The notes under the pieces are model-generated. The model worked only from the letters and a program-made list of their open reading frames with translations, was not told the origin of the DNA and did not search any database. The position numbers and the translations under genes were made by a program. A stretch of 64,000 nt of DNA from the human T2T-CHM13v2.0 reference genome, Homo sapiens. Location: assembly GCF_009914755.1 (NCBI RefSeq), contig NC_060927.1; one strand, written 5' to 3'. This document shows, in pieces, positions 58,127-64,000 of this stretch; within the stretch, counting starts at the first letter, position 1, and the number at the start of each line of letters is the position of its first letter.

Positions 58127-59229
58127 AAATTTGCTACAGGCATAATGTGTAATAATCATATTAGGGTAAATGGGGTATCCATCACCTCAAGCATTTATTA
58201 TTTCATTGTGTTACAAACATTCCAATTATGTTCTTTTAGTTACTTTAAATTATACAATAAATTATTGTTGACTAAAGACCCCTTGCTGTGTTATCAAATA
58301 CTAGATCACATTCATTGTATCTAACTATGTTTTTGTACCTATTAACTATACCCACTTCCCCCCCGACACCATCCTTCTCCCCTACTATTCCCAGCCTCTA
58401 GCACCATTTTTCTATTCTCTATCTTCATGAGTTCAATTCTTTTAATTTTTAGCTCCTACAAATGAGTGAGAAGATGTAAAGTTTGTCTTTCTGTGCCTTT
58501 CTTATTTAACTGGACATAATGTTCTCTGTTCCAACCATGTTGTTGCAAATGACAGGGTCTCTTTTTTTTATGGCTGAATAGCACTCTGTTACGTATATGT
58601 ACCATTTTTTCTTTATGCGTTTGTATGCTGATGGACATTTGGGTTGCCTCCATATCTTGGCTATTGTGAATAGTGCTGGAATAAACATGGGAGTGTAGAT
58701 CTCTTTTTGATATACTGATATCCATTATTTTGGGTATATACCTAGCAGTGGGATTGCTAGATTATATGGTAGGTAAATTTTTACTTTTTTGAGGAATGCT
58801 TATACTTTTCTCTATAGTGGCTGTATTAAATTACATTCCTACTAACAGTGTATGAGGGTTCCCTTTTCTCCACATCCTCACTAGCATTCATTATTGCCTG
58901 TCTTTTGGATAAAAGCCTGTTTAACTGGGGTGAAGTGATATCTTATTGTGGTTCTTATTTGCATTTCTCTGATGATCAATGGTATTGAGCACATTTTCAT
59001 ATACCTGTTGGCCATTTGTATGTCTTCTTTTGAGAAATGTCTATTCACATCTTTGTCTCATTTTAAAAATTGGATTATTGGATTTTTTTCCTATTGAGTT
59101 GTTTGAGCTCCTTATGTATTCTAGTTATTAATCTCTTGTAAGTTTAATAGTTTGCAAGTATTTTCTCCCATTCTGTGGGTTGTCTGTTCACTTTGTTGAT
59201 ATTTTCCCTTGTGGTATAGAAGCTTTTTA

Positions 59230-59550
<321 letters not shown>

Positions 59551-62500
59551 TAAATTGATGTGATCTAATTTGTCAATTTTTGCTTTGGTAGCCTGTGCAT
59601 ATGAGGTATTACTCAAGAAATCTTTGACCAGACCAATATCATGGAGAGTTCCCCCAATGTTTTTTTGTAGTAGTTTCATGGTTTCAGGTTTTAGATTTAA
59701 GTCCTTAATCCATTTTGATTTGATTTTTGAATATGGCAAGAGATAGGGGTTTAGTTTCATTCTTCTGCATATGGATATCCAGTTTCCCCACCAGCATTTA
59801 TTAAAGAGACTGTCTTTTCCCCAGTGTGTGTTCCTGGCACCTTTGTTGAAAATGAGTTCATTCTGAAGGTATGAATTTGTTTCTGGGTTATCTACTTTGT
59901 TCCATTGGTCTGTGTGTCTGTTTTTATGCCAGTAACATTCTGTTTTGGTTACTATAGTTCTGTAGTATAATTTGAAGTCAGGTAATGTGATTCTTTCAGG
60001 TTTTATCTTTTTGCTGAGGATGTCTTTGGCTATTTTGGGTCTTTTGTGGTTCCATATAAATATTGGGATTATTTTTTCTGTTTCTGTGAAGAATCTAATT
60101 GCTATTTTCATTGGAATTGCATTGAACCTGCAGATTGCTTTCAGTAGCATGGAAATTTTTAGCAATATTGTTTTTTTTCAGTCTGTGAACATGAAATATC
60201 TTTCTTTTTTGCATCCTCTTCAATTTCTTGTATTGATGTTTCATAGTTTTCATTGTAGGGATCTTTTACTTCTTTAGTTCAGTTAAGGTGTTTAACTAGG
60301 CATTTTATTTTATTTGTAGCTATTGCAAATGGGATTACTTTCTTGATTTCTTTTTAGATTGTTCACTCTTGTAATATCAAAATGCTACTGATTTTTGCAT
60401 GTTGATTTTGTATCCTAACACTTCGCTGAATTTGTTTATCAATTTTAATAGTTTTTTTGTGGAGTCCCAGATATAACATCATATCATTCACAAACAAGAA
60501 AAATCTGACTTCTTCCTTTCCAGCTTGGATGCCCTTTATTTCCTTCTCTTGTCTGATTGCTCTAGCTACAACTTTCACTGCTATGTTGAATAACAGTGGT
60601 CACAGTGGGCCCTCTTGTCATATTTGAGATCTTAGAGGAAAGGCTTTCAGTTTTTTTCCTATTCAATATAATACTAGCTGTGGGTTTCCATATATGGCTT
60701 TTATTATGTTGAGGTGTGTTCATTCTATATCAGTTTTTTCAAATAGTTTTTATTATGAAGCAATCTTGAATTTTATCAAATGCTTTTTCAGCATCAGCCG
60801 AAATGATGATATACTTTTTGTTCTTCATTCTGTTGATATTGATATGATGTATCCCATTGATTGACTTTTATGTGTTGAACCATCATTGCATCCCTGTGAT
60901 AAATCTCACTTGGTCATGATAAATGATCTTTTTAATGTGTTATTGAACTTGAATTGCAAGTATTTTGATGAGAATTTTTGTATCAATGTTCATTAGGAAT
61001 ATTGGCCTGTAATTTGTTTTTTTTTTAATGTTTTTGTTTAGTTTGAGTATCAGGGTAATACCAGCCTCAAATAATGAGTTTGGAGGTATTCCCTCTGCCT
61101 CTATTTTTTTGAATAGTTTGAGTAGGATTGGTATTAAGTCTTTTTTAAACTACTGGTTTGGTAAAATTCAGTAGTGAAGCCATCAGTTCTTGCGTTTTTC
61201 TCTGCTGGGAGACTTTTTATTATGACTTCAATTGCATTACCTATTATTGGTCTGTTCAGGTTTTTTATTTCTTCATGGTTCAATCTTGGTAGATTGTATG
61301 TGTCTAGGAATTCGTCTTTTTCTTCTAGGTTTTCTAATTTATTGGCATATAGTTGTTCATGATAGCAATTATTTTTTATATTTTGTGTTGTCAGTTGTAA
61401 TGTCTCCTTTTTATCTCTGACTTTATTTATTTGGGTCTTCTTTCTTTTTTCTTAAGTTATTCTGTCTAAAGGCTTGACAATTTTGATTATCTTTTCAGCA
61501 AACGCAGTTTTATTTTGTTGAACTTTTGTATTTTTTCTCAATTTTATGTCTTCAATATGTATTTAATATGTCTTTCCTACTGATCTTTAATACGTCTGAT
61601 CTTTAATATGTCTTTCCTACTACTAATTTTGAGTTCAGTTTGTTCTTGCTTTTATAATTCTTTAAGATACATCATTAGTTTGATTATTAGAATTTTTCTG
61701 CTTCTCTGAAATAGGCTTGTATAGCTATAAACTTTCCTGTTATCCCATAAGTTTCACTCTATTCCATAGGTTTTGGTATGTTTTATTTCCATTTTCATTT
61801 GTTTGAATAAATTTTTTAATTTCCCTCTAGGTTTCTTCATCAAACCACCGGTCATTCAGGAGCATACTGTTTAATTTCCATATGTTTGTATAGTTTCCAA
61901 AATTCCTCTTGTTATTGATTTCTAGTTTTGTTCCATTGTGATCAGAGAAGACACTTAATATAATTTCAATTTCTTTGAATTTTTTAAGAGTTGTTTTGTG
62001 ACCTAACATATGGTCTATCCTTTAAAATGATTCATGTTCTAAGGAGAACAATGTATATTCTGCAGCAGTTGAAGAAAAGTTCTATAAATATGTTTTAGGC
62101 CCATTTGGTCTATTGCATAGATTAAGTCCAATGTTTCCCTGTTGATTTTCTGTCTGGATTATCTGTCTAATGCTGAAAATGGGGTGTTTAAGTCTCCAGC
62201 AGAAAGGATAATCACTATAGGCTTCCATTCAGCCATGTTGCTTTGCCTACTCTGTAATCTAGATCATATTATTTTATTCATTCCGCCAATCTATATCTTT
62301 TTAAATGGTACATTTAATCCACTTACATTTAAAGTTGATATTGACATGTTAGGATTTGTTTTTCATACCACTAATTTTTATTTAGTTCTTTGCCACTTCA
62401 TTTTTGTAATTGTTTTATAAGATCTGTAGGTTTTATACTTTTATTTGTTTTTATGATAGCGAGTATTGTCCTTTTGTTTCCATGTTTAGAACAACCTTGA

Positions 62501-63426
62501 ACATTTCTTGTAGGGCCAGTCAAGTGATGATGAATTTCCTGAGCATTTTCTTTTCTGAAAAAGGCTGTATTTCTCCTTCATGTATAAAGCTTATTCTAGC
62601 AGAATGCAAAATTCAAGGTTGACAGTTTTATACATAAATCACTTTGAACATATAATCCAGTCTCTTCTGGTTTGTAAGATTTCTGCTGAGAAATCTTTTC
62701 TTAGTATAATGGGGTTACCTTTATAGGTGACTAGATACTTTTGCTGAATTTAGAATTTTTTATTTCATTTTGACCTTAGATAGTGTGATGACTATATGTC
62801 ATGGTGAGGTCCTTTTGTAATATATTTTTCTGGAGTTTGTTGAGCCTTTACTATCTGAATGACTAAATATTTTGCTGGACTAGACAAGTTTTCCTCAATA
62901 TTTCCTCAAATAGGTTTTTCAAGCATTTTACCTTTTCTTGTCCCTTGGGAATACCTGTGATTTTTTTAGGTCCAGATGTTTTACATAGTCCCATATTTCT
63001 TGAAGCCTTTGTTCATCTTTTAGTTCTTTTTCTTTCTTTTTTTTTTGTCTCACTGGATTCATTCAGAAGAACTGTTTTCAATTTCTGAGATTATTGCTTC
63101 TTCTTAGTCTAGTTGACTATTGAAGTTTTCACCTATAGTTTGTAATTCCTTCAATGAATGTTTCATTTCCAAAAGTTATGTTGGTTTGTTTGTTTTCAAT
63201 AAAAATACCTGCCTTTTGGTAAATTTCTCATTCATATCAGAATTAATTTTCTGATGTCTTTGTATTTGTTTTCAAATTTGTCTTGGATGTCATTGACCTT
63301 CTTTAAAATCAGTATTTTGACTTCTTTATCTAGTATTCCAAAAATTTTATTTTGGTTAGGGTCCAATGCTAGAGAGTTAGTGTGATCCTTTTGGGGTGCT
63401 GTAACACCCTGTTTTCTTATACTTCC

Positions 63427-63803
63427 TGATATAGTTTGGATTTTTGTTCCCATCCAAATCTCATGTTTAATTGTAATCCCCAGTGTTGGAAGAGGGGCTG
63501 GTAGAAGTTGATTGAATCATGAGGGCAGACCTCTTCCTTGCTGAACACTTGTGAGTGAGTTCTCACAAGATCTGATTGTTTAAAAGTGTGTAGCACCTCT
63601 ATCTTTTCTCTCTTTCTCCTGCTTCAGCTATGTAAGATGTGCCTACTTCTTCTTCATCTTCCACCATGCTTAAGTTTCCTGAGGCCACCTCAGCCCTGGT
63701 TCCTATACAGCCTGTGGAGCTGTGAGCCAATTAAACCTCTTTTCTTTATTAATTACCCAATCTCAGGTATTTCTTTATAGCAGTGTAAGAATGAACTAAT
63801 ACA
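63427..63803 (+). mobile_element. MST (MSTA/B-like) 5' LTR
   Basis: tgatatagtttggat...ccaattaaacctcttttctttat...gaactaataca. Confidence 0.9.
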
Positions 63804-64000
63804 GAAAATTGGTATTGAGGAGTTGGGCATTGCTATAAAGATACCTGAAACTGTAGAAACAACTTTGGAACTGGGTAGTGGGCAGAGGTTGGAACAGTTT
63901 GGAGGGCTCAGAAGACAGAAAGATGAGGGAAAGTTTGGAGCTTACTAGAGACTTGTTAAATTGATATGACCAAAATGCTGATAGCGATATGAACAATGAG
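63804..64000 (+). mobile_element. MaLR internal region (MST-int), runs off the window
   Basis: gaaaattggta..ttgctataaagatacctgaa..actttggaactggg..ggagggctcagaag directly follows the LTR. Confidence 0.88.

Overview
Primate (very probably human) genomic DNA. It holds the 5' end of GOLIM4 (GPP130) on the minus strand: part of intron 1 (1-6985), coding exon 1 (6986-7172), a GC-rich 5' leader with upstream ORFs, and a TATA-less CpG-island promoter (~6640-8230). The remaining ~56 kb upstream is intergenic and dominated by transposable elements. These include a two-LTR MLT2/ERV-L provirus inserted in an L2, an LTR3 (HML-6) solo LTR, a full-length but broken L1PA6/7-type LINE-1 inside a MER33, an old twin-primed L1, a multi-layer L1/MaLR/Alu nest, Alus, MaLR LTRs and DNA-transposon MITEs. 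I found no second protein-coding gene, RNA gene or new multi-gene system. The most interesting observations are structural: a young-L1-like patch inside an older L1, a deletion-inversion in the ERV-L pol, an L1 whose 5' end is fused directly to ORF2, GOLIM4 uORFs and an E-box cluster. Repeat subfamily calls come from remembered consensus sequences, not from running RepeatMasker or Dfam.
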